Virus record (IMG/VR): IMGVR_UViG_3300043409_001491
Coordinates: 32,001 to 96,000 of that record
Origin: a virus
Reading direction: 5' to 3' (one strand)
DNA: 64,000 nt
In this document: positions 6,049 to 15,518 of the stretch, one piece after another
Layout: each line of letters begins with the position of its first letter
Position numbering within the stretch: the first letter of the stretch is position 1
The notes under the pieces: model-generated
Seen by the model: only the letters and a program-made list of their open reading frames with translations
What the model was told of the DNA's origin: nothing
Database searches by the model: none
Made by a program: the position numbers and the translations under genes

Positions 6049-6097
6049 CTGGCACTCTAGGTTGCTACCCCCACCCTACGGCGCCTAGGGTGTCCAG
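6049..6097 (+). ncRNA. Candidate small hairpin RNA with C-rich loop
   Basis: TGTTATAAT at 6033-6041; CTGGCACTCTAGG/CCTAGGGTGTCCAG imperfect stem. Confidence 0.35.
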
Positions 6098-6124
6098 TTA
6101 TGAAATTATGGTATAATCAATATT

Positions 6125-6541
6125 ATGTGTACTCCTACAACCGAAAAACTTGGTGCCACACCTGCCAACATTCAATGGAACGTTGTTCGTGGAGATACGG
6201 CAACGCTTAAGGTAGAGTTTTTTGAAGATGACGAAGTTACCCCATATGAGACTACGGCTTGGACATTTATAGCAACTTCTTATGATCCAGTAGCCGATGC
6301 TTTAGATTTATTAACGGTAGAGTCCTATGAAGACGGTGTTATTTATATTATTGCAAAAGCAAACATTACAGCAAACTGGGGACTTGGAAAATACAAGCCA
6401 GTAGTTTCAGAGTTAAGGTTTGACCTTCAAGCCACACTTCCTGGAGATGGAGTATCTGGCGGTGGCGGAGATGAAGTTACTAAGTGGACTCCAGTTATTG
6501 GAACAATTTGCGTAATGGGTGATGTGAGCGGTACGCTATGA
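6125..6541 (+). CDS. Putative virion structural protein (Ig/BppU-like)
   Basis: VVRGDT...DLQ...WT..GTI.V.GDV pattern shared with 7405 and 16752. Confidence 0.65.
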   Translation: MCTPTTEKLGATPANIQWNVVRGDTATLKVEFFEDDEVTPYETTAWTFIATSYDPVADALDLLTVESYEDGVIYIIAKANITANWGLGKYKPVVSELRFDLQATLPGDGVSGGGGDEVTKWTPVIGTICVMGDVSGTL

Positions 6542-6624
6542 TAGTTGTAGTAACTCCAGCCCAAGTAAATATTCCTCCAGTAATTAAAGTTGGAACTAAG
6601 GTTTATAGAACACAGTCTAAGTGA
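6538..6624 (+). CDS. 28-aa peptide
   Basis: MIVVVTPAQVNIPPVIKVGTKVYRTQSK; ATGA overlap. Confidence 0.45.
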   Translation: MIVVVTPAQVNIPPVIKVGTKVYRTQSK

Positions 6625-6635
6625 TAAAATAGTCT

Positions 6636-7379
6636 ATGGCAAAAAGCATGGACTCTCCACAACCCCTTAAAAGAAAAGGGTATTCTCAAGCAATTCAAGA
6701 ATCCTCTGTTCAGCAAACTACAGATTTAAAAGAATATATAGCCGTCCCTGGACTAACAGGAATTCAAGGCGAAAGAGGACACAAAGGGGACAAGGGAGAA
6801 AAGGGTGACCAAGGGCTTGAAGGATTAAAAGGTGATATAGGTAAGACAGGACCGCAAGGGCCCCGTGGAGAACCTGGAAAGGGTGCTGAGGGCTATGATT
6901 CAGTTTCTGGACAATACCCAGGATGGGTTTATTATAAAAATGGATCAGATAGGTCAGTTAATTTAGGTGCTGGTAGAGGAGATGATGGCTGGGTGACTCT
7001 TAATTTCATCCCAGATAAAGAAAAAAGCAATAGGGAATATATGCCAAGAGGATCAGAAGACCTGTGGCTTCCAGAACAAAACTTATTTAATTTTAAATCT
7101 TTAAAGATTGGGACAAAGGTAGACATAAGATATGATTTTTCTATAGCCACAGAGTCAATGAACACGGACCTTTGGATTAGAACATTTAATGAAAAATATT
7201 TAAAATCTCCAATCTCACATGTTGCAAATCTTAAATACCAGTATTCCTACGATATGTCGTTTTCTCAAACCTTATACATAGACGAGTCAAAAATTAAGAG
7301 TCATGGAGCAAGGCCACAAGCCAGAACCGACACACAGGCTTCCTTGTTTTTAAATGGTCTCTACATATCGGTTTCTTAA
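6636..7379 (+). CDS. Collagen-like (Gly-X-Y) virion protein
   Basis: About 14 GXY triplets followed by a globular beta domain. Confidence 0.8.
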   Translation: MAKSMDSPQPLKRKGYSQAIQESSVQQTTDLKEYIAVPGLTGIQGERGHKGDKGEKGDQGLEGLKGDIGKTGPQGPRGEPGKGAEGYDSVSGQYPGWVYYKNGSDRSVNLGAGRGDDGWVTLNFIPDKEKSNREYMPRGSEDLWLPEQNLFNFKSLKIGTKVDIRYDFSIATESMNTDLWIRTFNEKYLKSPISHVANLKYQYSYDMSFSQTLYIDESKIKSHGARPQARTDTQASLFLNGLYISVS

Positions 7380-7404
7380 TGGTATAATAAACTTAGGAGG
7401 AATA

Positions 7405-7767
7405 ATGGCATTTCCAGGTACATATAATTTTAGTTACTACCGTGGTGACACGTATCAATTTATCATCCGTCCAAAAAATGCAAATGGGACAACTTTTTCA
7501 TTAGATGCCTATGATGGCAATGCCTTATTTACAATAGCCAATCGGCGTGGTAGCACGGGTACACAGGTCGCAGCAACAGCAACAATAGATACTTCAACCG
7601 ATATTGTTACATGCACAATTACTCCTGAACAAGGAAGAGAACTTGCTGCTGGAACCACATATGTTTATGACGTTCAAATTACAAATACAACCCCAACACC
7701 AGATGTGATCTTTACGCTACTTACTGGATCGATTACTGTAACTGATGATATTACTGGTGCCGCTTAA
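7405..7767 (+). CDS. Putative virion structural protein (Ig/BppU-like)
   Basis: AGGAGG RBS; YRGDT...YVYDVQI...LLTGSITV. Confidence 0.75.
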   Translation: MAFPGTYNFSYYRGDTYQFIIRPKNANGTTFSLDAYDGNALFTIANRRGSTGTQVAATATIDTSTDIVTCTITPEQGRELAAGTTYVYDVQITNTTPTPDVIFTLLTGSITVTDDITGAA

Positions 7768-8330
7768 TGACAGATGTAGTATTATCCACAGATGACTTAA
7801 CTGTTTTATCTGGACCAGAGACAATTGAACTTCTTGTTGACATTGGCCCAACAGGAACACGTGGTAGTAAATTTTTTGTCGGTATTGGAAACCCAAACTC
7901 AGATGACACTTTAGACCCACTATTAAATGACCTATATGTTAACTCAGCACCTGGATCAGATTACGGATACTTGTATCAATATGTTTCAGAGCCTGGTGGA
8001 GATACTTGGGTAGAGGTTTTAAATATTACCCCTGCAATTTATTCAAAAATACATACTGTGACTTTTGCATCAGGAACAGATGCTGATTATGGAAGCGGAA
8101 CAATTGTAGTTCCAATAACAGACATAACCTCAGTTACTGGTTTAGAGGCAGATAATTTTAGTGTTCAATATTCTATTGTTAATGCAAAACCATTAGCAAC
8201 ATCTCTTTCTTTAGTTTCAGTGTCTGGAACAAACCTTGTTCTAAACCTTCAAGCCTCAGAGTATGATGGAACTTGGGCAGCCCTTGAAACAGAGGCTTCT
8301 GTTCATCTATTTGTTTCGGTTGTGCTATAA
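7767..8330 (+). CDS. Putative virion structural protein
   Basis: GPTGTRGS...GNP...DLYVN motif typical of fibre-associated proteins. Confidence 0.7.
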   Translation: MTDVVLSTDDLTVLSGPETIELLVDIGPTGTRGSKFFVGIGNPNSDDTLDPLLNDLYVNSAPGSDYGYLYQYVSEPGGDTWVEVLNITPAIYSKIHTVTFASGTDADYGSGTIVVPITDITSVTGLEADNFSVQYSIVNAKPLATSLSLVSVSGTNLVLNLQASEYDGTWAALETEASVHLFVSVVL

Positions 8331-8348
8331 TGAATGAGGTGAAATGAC

Positions 8349-8933
8349 ATGGCATCTGAATCTATAGGCTCAATTTATCCCACAGAAATACCTGGGTATG
8401 CAGACAATGCTGACATTCAAGCGGCATTTAGACTCTACCACTATGGTTCTACAACATATAGCACTGCAAATTCAAATACCGCAAACCTTGAACCCACATC
8501 AATTGCCTTTCACCTAAATGCGTTACAAGAACAGATAACAACACTAACATCTCCAAGAGAAACTGCAGCAATATCAGCAACTGCTGCTACTGGAACTGTA
8601 CACCTTAATATAAGTACAGCATCCGTTCATATTTACACATCAAACTCAACTGCAAACTATACTTTAAATATTCGTGGAAATTCATCAACTACCCTAAACT
8701 CATTAATGGAAATTGGTGAATCTATTACAGTTACTTTTGAACATCCAAACGGTTCTACGCCATATTATGCCACTGCATATACTATTGATGGTAATGCCGT
8801 TACTCCTAAATGGCTGGGTGGAACAGCCCCTACAGCAGGAAACGCTAGTGCGACAGATGTGTATATGATCCAGATTAGAAAAACTGCTTCTGCTACCTTC
8901 ACATGTCTGGCATCTCAATCTAAGTTTGCTTAG
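8349..8933 (+). CDS. Virion fibre/adaptor protein
   Basis: Thr/Ala-rich; C-terminal KWLGGTAPT...DVY...LASQSKFA domain. Confidence 0.7.
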   Translation: MASESIGSIYPTEIPGYADNADIQAAFRLYHYGSTTYSTANSNTANLEPTSIAFHLNALQEQITTLTSPRETAAISATAATGTVHLNISTASVHIYTSNSTANYTLNIRGNSSTTLNSLMEIGESITVTFEHPNGSTPYYATAYTIDGNAVTPKWLGGTAPTAGNASATDVYMIQIRKTASATFTCLASQSKFA

Positions 8934-8941
8934 GGGTTAAC

Positions 8942-9775
8942 GTGCCACTATTTCGTAATCCCAGCGCAATTGGTATATTTTTAAAGTTAGCACCAACACC
9001 AACTCCAACACCAACTCCAACGCCAACACCTACTCCAACTCCGACGCCAACGCCAACACCTACTCCAACACCTACTCCTACTCCAACGCCTACTCCTACA
9101 CCTACTCCTACACCTACACCTACTCCAACGCCAGAGCCAACTCCAACACCAACCCCGACCCCAACTCCGACACCAACCCCGACCCCAACTCCGACACCAA
9201 CTCCGACACCAACTCCGACACCTACACCAACACCTACACCAACTCCAACTCCTACACCGACCCCTACTCCTGCACCTACAGAAGGAATAGTCTATCTTTC
9301 ATACTGCTATAATGGAACACCAACACAAGATGGATTCTTTGTTGATGCTAATAATGCGGTTGTACAAAATATTAACCAAGCCTGTGCTGCCTACACCTCA
9401 CTTCTTCAAGGTCTTACTCCACCAGCCACAAGTATTGTTTGTTCAATAGTATCGATGCCTGATTTGCCAGCAAGTTGTCCTCCTCCACCAACCCCTACTC
9501 CAACACCTACTCCAACACCTACTCCAACCCCTACTCCAACACCTACTCCAACTCCTACTCCAACGCCAACTCCAACACCTACACCAACGCCTACTCCAAC
9601 GCCAGAGCCAACTCCAACACCAACCCCGACCCCAACTCCGACACCAACTCCGACACCAACTCCGACACCTACACCAACACCTACACCAAGTCCAGTACCA
9701 CCAGGCAACTTCTGTGGCTTTGATTGCTTTGGAGAAGAAGTCGAGTCTTCATGTGCAAATCCATGTCCGTTCTAG
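8942..9775 (+). CDS. (Pro-Thr)n mucin/extensin-like protein with two Cys-rich domains
   Basis: Two PT tracts (about 47 and 33 dipeptides); synonymous codon variation indicates selection on the protein. Confidence 0.85.
   Translation: MPLFRNPSAIGIFLKLAPTPTPTPTPTPTPTPTPTPTPTPTPTPTPTPTPTPTPTPTPTPTPTPEPTPTPTPTPTPTPTPTPTPTPTPTPTPTPTPTPTPTPTPTPTPTPAPTEGIVYLSYCYNGTPTQDGFFVDANNAVVQNINQACAAYTSLLQGLTPPATSIVCSIVSMPDLPASCPPPPTPTPTPTPTPTPTPTPTPTPTPTPTPTPTPTPTPTPTPEPTPTPTPTPTPTPTPTPTPTPTPTPTPSPVPPGNFCGFDCFGEEVESSCANPCPF
8993..9690 (+). repeat. CCN-ACN hexamer tandem repeats in two blocks
   Basis: Direct inspection; blocks at about 8993-9279 and 9487-9690 share a duplicated PEPT-containing segment. Confidence 0.9.
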
Positions 9776-9823
9776 TAGTCATGATAAGATATATGCTAAA
9801 CTTAGATATCAAAAGGAGAAATA

Positions 9824-10249
9824 ATGTACGCCTGTGTAGTAAAAAATAGCGAAGGAACTTGGGATGTGTTTGGATTTCTTGCATATCCAGCAAACCAGGA
9901 AAAGCAAGATAGGCTACAGGCTGCAGTGGCAAGCGGTCTTCCAATTACTGGAATGATCTTGACTCCTTATAAGTGGTCAGCAACAAATGGTGCAACTTTT
10001 AACGGTACAGAATTTACTGGAGGAAGCCAATCTCCTGTTCCACAAGACAATGATTGGTCATCAGTTAATACATTTGGGTATATTTGTGATAATGTGATTA
10101 TTGGTGCATTTATAACAAGCACTGGCACTGTAATGTGTAATCAATATAATGCAATATTTGATGATGAAACAACAATAATTAAAGTTCCAGAAAGCCAGAC
10201 AGCCAACATTGGCGATATCTGGGATGGCGAAAACATAATTAATAGATAG
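9824..10249 (+). CDS. Hypothetical protein, fibre-assembly/chaperone-like
   Basis: AAAAGGAG RBS; repeated GATFNGTEF / IGDIWDGEN motifs. Confidence 0.65.
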   Translation: MYACVVKNSEGTWDVFGFLAYPANQEKQDRLQAAVASGLPITGMILTPYKWSATNGATFNGTEFTGGSQSPVPQDNDWSSVNTFGYICDNVIIGAFITSTGTVMCNQYNAIFDDETTIIKVPESQTANIGDIWDGENIINR

Positions 10250-10266
10250 TAAAAGTGGGGGTAGAT

Positions 10267-10494
10267 ATGTCAAAGTGGGAAGAATGGAAAGAAAGTCTTG
10301 GGGAAACAAGACCTTGGCATTTATTAGATCATAGCAAGTTGGTAGACGACAAGTCTATATCTGATGCTAGACTAAACATATGTAAAACATGTCCAGAGTT
10401 AATTAAACTTACAACAACATGTAAAAAATGTGGATGCTTTATGGCAGCAAAAACAAAACTACAAGGGGCAGCATGTCCAATAGGGAAATGGTAA
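10267..10494 (+). CDS. Small Cys-rich protein, paralogue of 5178-5384
   Basis: RPW...ARLNICKTC...CKKCGCFMAAK...CPIGKW. Confidence 0.75.
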   Translation: MSKWEEWKESLGETRPWHLLDHSKLVDDKSISDARLNICKTCPELIKLTTTCKKCGCFMAAKTKLQGAACPIGKW

Positions 10495-10504
10495 AGGGGC
10501 CAAA

Positions 10505-11104
10505 ATGATAAAAGAAGAAATAGCACCAGGAATAGCCGTATATAGCGATGTAATTCCAAATAGTAATACACTATATCAAGACATTGAAGAAGGAATGGCT
10601 TCTGCGGGACTAAAATGGAATGAAGCAAGTGTTAAAGAATCAACAGATCCAATGGTAAACAAAAATACAAGAGACACAAGTACTTTTGGAGTTCAATATG
10701 CAGGACAAATAAAAGATCTAACAACAACAGATCCAAGAGAAGTTTTTGGCTTAAGCCTAAATAATATCTTCTTTGAGCATTTTGACCCAGTAGAAAAAGA
10801 CTACATGGCAACATATGGAATAGGCTCAGACTGGCATGATGTTTACGGAATTTTAAAATATGGAGCAGGCCAGCAATTTACTAACCACATTGATGACCAT
10901 CCAAGTTATCACAGACGAGTATCTACTGTCTACTATTTAAATGATAACTACACGGGTGGAGAAATTAACTTTCCTCGTTTTGGAATTACCTTTAAACCAA
11001 AGGCTAATCAAATGATTGTGTTTCCTTCAACATATGTTTATAATCACTCAGTGTCTCCAGTTATTGAAGGTGAAAGATATGCCGTAGTTAGTTGGTTACG
11101 ATGA
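10505..11104 (+). CDS. 2OG-Fe(II) oxygenase, prolyl 4-hydroxylase-like
   Basis: HxD (HID), YLNDNYTGGEINF, FPS...H, RYAVVSW. Confidence 0.9.
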   Translation: MIKEEIAPGIAVYSDVIPNSNTLYQDIEEGMASAGLKWNEASVKESTDPMVNKNTRDTSTFGVQYAGQIKDLTTTDPREVFGLSLNNIFFEHFDPVEKDYMATYGIGSDWHDVYGILKYGAGQQFTNHIDDHPSYHRRVSTVYYLNDNYTGGEINFPRFGITFKPKANQMIVFPSTYVYNHSVSPVIEGERYAVVSWLR

Positions 11105-11661
11105 AAGAGCCATTGCTAGTTAATGATGTTTTAAGTCCAGAAGACTATGCAATTCTTACTAGTGCCGTTTCAAATCCAAAATCTTTTGAATATCAAGAAG
11201 GTTTTTCAAGATATGTTGTTGCAGATAATAATCTTGCAATACTGGCAGAACTTGCAAATAAATTAATTCCTACCGCAAGAGAAGCATTTGGAAGCGATAC
11301 TTTACTTCCAACATATACATTATTTGCACACTATGAAGGACAGAACCCTGCTCCAAGTCTTTATAAGCACAAGGATGATAATGCTTGCACATACACTTTA
11401 GACATGTGTGTTTATCAGAATGAGTCTTGGGATCTGTTTGTTGAAGATAAGGCTTACACGCTTTATCCTAATCAAGCCCTTGCATACTATGGTAATGATC
11501 AGATGCACTGGAGAGAAGAATTTCCTAATCCAGAAACAAATCATGTTGCAATGGTCTTTTTTCATTTTGCAGAACCAGACCACTGGTACTTTACAGAAGG
11601 TCCAGAGTATCTTCACACTCATATTCGTGCAAATAAAGATTCTATGGCTAAAGTCATGTAA
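11101..11661 (+). CDS. 2OG-Fe(II) oxygenase (second family)
   Basis: LYKHKD, YYG...HWRE, VFFHF. Confidence 0.8.
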   Translation: MKEPLLVNDVLSPEDYAILTSAVSNPKSFEYQEGFSRYVVADNNLAILAELANKLIPTAREAFGSDTLLPTYTLFAHYEGQNPAPSLYKHKDDNACTYTLDMCVYQNESWDLFVEDKAYTLYPNQALAYYGNDQMHWREEFPNPETNHVAMVFFHFAEPDHWYFTEGPEYLHTHIRANKDSMAKVM

Positions 11662-12680
11662 TGAAACCTATCTTTTTTAAACTTTGGAATGCTGGATTGT
11701 TTAACCAAGTGCTAAGTTTAGAGTTAGCAGCAGGGCTTGCTCACGAAACTAAAAAACCAATAATAGTTCATTTTTTTTGTCATGATCCAAATAGAAAAAT
11801 ATATATCTCTACACCAAGTATACATTTTAATGATCAAAGAAATAATTTTACAGATCGCTCTTTTAAAAATAACCCTCACCTTTTAGACTTGTTTGATGTT
11901 AGTGCAGATCTAATTATTGTTAATGAAAAAATAGATTCATTTAAACAAGAAGAATTTGTTATAGATGAATTAGCAACTAAATATTATTATAGCAAAGAAA
12001 AAGAAATATCTGATGATGAATTATTGTTTGCAGAAGGCAGAGAAAGACTTACTTTTAATAAAAATATACATTTAAAAGGTACTTTAGGAGTCTATTCAAG
12101 ATTTTTTTATAATAGAAGTCCTGAGTTAAATGAAGTTTTGTCTTCAGTTAAGCCTAAGCAGATCTATCGGGATTTGGCTAAAAAAATATCAGAATCTCTT
12201 GGTAATTTCCAAGGAATGCATTTAAGGTTGTCAGATCATCTTGTAAGCACAGACTATCACAAAGAAGAAATAGTCAATGAATGGATAACAAAATATGAAA
12301 ATAATGGTATTCCTATTGTTTTATCTACAGATGAACCAAGTCACCGATTAGTAAATAAAAATAAGCATAGGTTTATTTTATTGGATGAATACATAGTCAA
12401 TAATTTTAAAGATGATTTTATGTCTTTGCCGTTTCAGGATGAGGTAGTTTTTGGCCTTATTTGTAATTTAGTTTTACATGACTCAGTAAATTTTGTAGGA
12501 AAATCAGGAACTACTTACACATCATATATTCACAGAAACAGGAATCAAAAAAATATTGAAACTTGGGATTTCTTTGATAATCCACCAAAAGCAGAAGGTC
12601 TTCCATATTCTTGGAATAATTATCCTAGACCAAATGATCAAAAAATGTGGTGGAGAGAGTGGCCAGAATCAAAATGCTAA
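11661..12680 (+). CDS. Protein O-fucosyltransferase-like glycosyltransferase (GT65/GT68 fold)
   Basis: GLFNQ, GMHLRLSD, LSTDE, FVGKSGTTYTSYI motifs. Confidence 0.75.
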   Translation: MKPIFFKLWNAGLFNQVLSLELAAGLAHETKKPIIVHFFCHDPNRKIYISTPSIHFNDQRNNFTDRSFKNNPHLLDLFDVSADLIIVNEKIDSFKQEEFVIDELATKYYYSKEKEISDDELLFAEGRERLTFNKNIHLKGTLGVYSRFFYNRSPELNEVLSSVKPKQIYRDLAKKISESLGNFQGMHLRLSDHLVSTDYHKEEIVNEWITKYENNGIPIVLSTDEPSHRLVNKNKHRFILLDEYIVNNFKDDFMSLPFQDEVVFGLICNLVLHDSVNFVGKSGTTYTSYIHRNRNQKNIETWDFFDNPPKAEGLPYSWNNYPRPNDQKMWWREWPESKC

Positions 12681-13618
12681 GAAACAAAGTAATTATAAAT
12701 GCCTGGACAGGAATGTTTGGAATTAGAATGCACGAATATGCATTTGCTAAAACTTATGCACACAAAAACAATATGGACCTTGAATTATTGTCAAACTGGG
12801 AAGGTTCTGTTATGTTTAAAAATGCAACAGAGTCCTTGATAGAGTTTCCAGAGTTACAAGAATATTTAAAAAATGGCGGAAGACCATTAGAAGAAAGAAA
12901 TAATGAAACATTAAAGTATTATCCAGGATCAATATACTGGAACGGTAATTGGCATCCAGAAGATCCGTATAAAAATAATAACTGCTCGATTGTTACTAAT
13001 GACACCAACGCATATCAGGAGTCTATATTTGACCAAATGGAACTTTCCTATATAAAACATATTTTTGAGTTAAGCGATTTAATAAAAGAATCAGAAGTTT
13101 ACAAGCATTGGGAATCAAAAGCAGGAACATACGATGTTGCTCATCTTCGTAGAGGAGATATTGCAGATATTAATTATAATCTTAATAATGAACAAGGCTA
13201 TTCTGTGGTATCAAAAGATTCTTATTTTTCTGCTTTTGAAAAGTTTGGGTATGACAAAGATAAAATTGAATGGATATCAAATGATCATACTAAGAAGTGG
13301 CATCAAGATAGACCAGACATGATCTTTTTGCCATGGTCTTATCCACAGGGTGCTCAGTTTGATGAAAAACTAGGCTTTGATTTTCTTGATGATTGGTTAA
13401 AGATGTATTTTGCTAGAACAATATTTAGAGGAAATAGCAGTTTTTCTTTCTGGGCAGGACTACTGTCTCCAACAGCAAAGGTTTATTCTCCAGTAGTTGA
13501 TAAACAACTAATCTATGGCCGTGATGGTTTAACAGAAGAATTATTCTTAGATTTTACTGAGGGCAATGAAAATCATTGGATGTATTCTGGCACAGATAGA
13601 AAGATAAGGATAAGATAA
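12674..13618 (+). CDS. GT11-like (alpha-1,2-fucosyltransferase fold) glycosyltransferase
   Basis: GMFGIRM, HLRRGD, GNSSFSFWAG motifs. Confidence 0.75.
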   Translation: MLRNKVIINAWTGMFGIRMHEYAFAKTYAHKNNMDLELLSNWEGSVMFKNATESLIEFPELQEYLKNGGRPLEERNNETLKYYPGSIYWNGNWHPEDPYKNNNCSIVTNDTNAYQESIFDQMELSYIKHIFELSDLIKESEVYKHWESKAGTYDVAHLRRGDIADINYNLNNEQGYSVVSKDSYFSAFEKFGYDKDKIEWISNDHTKKWHQDRPDMIFLPWSYPQGAQFDEKLGFDFLDDWLKMYFARTIFRGNSSFSFWAGLLSPTAKVYSPVVDKQLIYGRDGLTEELFLDFTEGNENHWMYSGTDRKIRIR

Positions 13619-13619
13619 A

Positions 13620-14642
13620 ATGAAAACAGCACTAGTTTTAGGAGCAGGAGGCTTCATAGGAAGCCATATGGTAAATAGGCTTAAGTCAGAAGGATATTGG
13701 GTTAGAGGTGTTGACTTAAAACATCCTGATTTTTCTAATACACAGGCAGACGAATTTATTGAGAGAGATCTATCTGTATATGAAAATGTTGAAAAAGTTA
13801 TTAAGTTTAAAGGATATCAAGGAAACTTTTACCACGAGATTCCATATCGTTCCATAGATTCATTTGATGAAATATATCAGTTCGCTGCAGATATGGGTGG
13901 AGCAGGATATATTTTTACTGGTTTAAATGATTCTCAGATTATGGAAAACTCTGCTCTAATAAACCTTAATCTTTTAAGAGCACAGTCAAGACTTAATGAA
14001 AAATATGATATAAACAAAACCAAAATATTCTATTCAAGTTCTGCCTGCATGTATCCTGACTATAAGCAGTTAGATGTTAACAATCCTGGATTGAAAGAGT
14101 CTGATGCATACCCTGCAGATCCTGACAGCGAGTATGGCTGGGAAAAACTCTTTAGCGAAAGAATGTTCTTAGCATTTAACAGAAACAATAAGATTCCTGT
14201 AGCAATTGCCAGATACCATAATATTTATGGACCAGAAGGAACTTGGGACGGTGGAAAAGAAAAGGCTCCTGCTGCAATGTGTAGAAAAGTTATACAAGCA
14301 GATGGTTTTATAGAAATTTGGGGGGACGGAGAACAAACCCGCTCATTCCTATATATAGACGAATGCATAGAAGCAACAAGAAGACTTATGGAGTCAGACT
14401 TTACTGGACCTGTTAATATTGGATCTGAGGAAATGGTTACTATCAATCAGTTGGTAGACATTGCTTGTAGTATTGAAGGCAAGGTTTTAAGCAAGATGCC
14501 TATTCCTGGACCTTTAGGAGTTAGAGGCAGAAACTCTAATAACGATTTGGTTAGAGAAAAGTTAGACTGGGACTATTCAATGTCTCTTAAGGATGGAATT
14601 CAAAAAACTTATGATTGGATTAAAAATCAAATAAATGAATAA
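13620..14642 (+). CDS. GDP-mannose 3,5-epimerase (extended SDR)
   Basis: GAGGFIG, AADMGGAGYI, SSACMYP, YGWEKL, EKAPAAMCRK, GVRGRNS are GME signature motifs. Confidence 0.88.
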   Translation: MKTALVLGAGGFIGSHMVNRLKSEGYWVRGVDLKHPDFSNTQADEFIERDLSVYENVEKVIKFKGYQGNFYHEIPYRSIDSFDEIYQFAADMGGAGYIFTGLNDSQIMENSALINLNLLRAQSRLNEKYDINKTKIFYSSSACMYPDYKQLDVNNPGLKESDAYPADPDSEYGWEKLFSERMFLAFNRNNKIPVAIARYHNIYGPEGTWDGGKEKAPAAMCRKVIQADGFIEIWGDGEQTRSFLYIDECIEATRRLMESDFTGPVNIGSEEMVTINQLVDIACSIEGKVLSKMPIPGPLGVRGRNSNNDLVREKLDWDYSMSLKDGIQKTYDWIKNQINE

Positions 14643-15471
14643 AACTGAAGTTGTAAAAGAATGTTTTATGCCAGATGGAATTGGCGCACAACTTTGGAGA
14701 AAAATTTATGTAATGTCATATGCAAAATATTATAATCTATTGTTTGAAGACACACCAATTACAGATTTTTTAATTCATGAATCTGATAAAGTTTACAGCG
14801 AAGAGGAAAAAATTAAATTTATTGACAAGTTTAATACAATATTAAAAAATCCTTGGAAAGGTATAGATTTTTCTAATAAGGATCATTTTTTTCTTTCTGA
14901 AAAGGTAGGCTTGGGCTATTCTAACCTATATGGACACGCAGGGCTAATAAACCCCCCACATCCATTTTTAGAAGTTGCAAAAGAGTTTAGCACTATAGAA
15001 AAAACTGAAAATAATGTAATTATTCATATACGAAGAGGAAACGTGATTCCAGAAAACCCCAGGTGGGTAGAAGAATCTGTCTATATTGATATGTTACAAC
15101 TTTTGCCACATTTTTTAAACAAGTTAAAAATTGTACCAGACAGAGTAATAATTTTTACAGATGCTTCAGATACAAATAAAAGATATAAACCCATAAATCA
15201 AACCCAATTAGATAAATGGCAACAGGGGCATTTGTATAAAGACGAAAACGATTCTTTTGAAACTACTTCTATAAATTTTGAATTATTTAGAAATTCGTAT
15301 CCAGGTATTGAGATTTTAAATAATTTAGATACTTATACGGCTTTTAATATGATGGTTATGGCAAAAGTGCTAATAACATCAAAATCTGCATTTAGCCAGG
15401 CTGCTGGATTGCTATCAAAAAACACTGTTGTGCCAATTGATAACTATGACAGTTGTTTTAAAAATATATAA
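14635..15471 (+). CDS. GT11-like glycosyltransferase
   Basis: DGIGAQL, IHIRRGN, FTD, SKSAFS motifs. Confidence 0.7.
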   Translation: MNKTEVVKECFMPDGIGAQLWRKIYVMSYAKYYNLLFEDTPITDFLIHESDKVYSEEEKIKFIDKFNTILKNPWKGIDFSNKDHFFLSEKVGLGYSNLYGHAGLINPPHPFLEVAKEFSTIEKTENNVIIHIRRGNVIPENPRWVEESVYIDMLQLLPHFLNKLKIVPDRVIIFTDASDTNKRYKPINQTQLDKWQQGHLYKDENDSFETTSINFELFRNSYPGIEILNNLDTYTAFNMMVMAKVLITSKSAFSQAAGLLSKNTVVPIDNYDSCFKNI

Positions 15472-15507
15472 AAAATACCCCCAAGGATTTCTCCAAAGGG
15501 GTATTTT
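15472..15507. terminator. Bidirectional terminator
   Basis: AAAATACCCC...GGGGTATTTT between convergent genes. Confidence 0.75.
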
Positions 15508-15518
15508 ATTACCTAAAA

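Noticed and set aside
7782-7790. DnaA box TTATCCACA
   Set aside because: Isolated and inside a coding sequence; likely chance
9406-9723. GV-repeat (-) and SNTY-repeat (+) ORFs
   Set aside because: Alternative-frame shadows of the PT repeat; third-position variation preserves PT only
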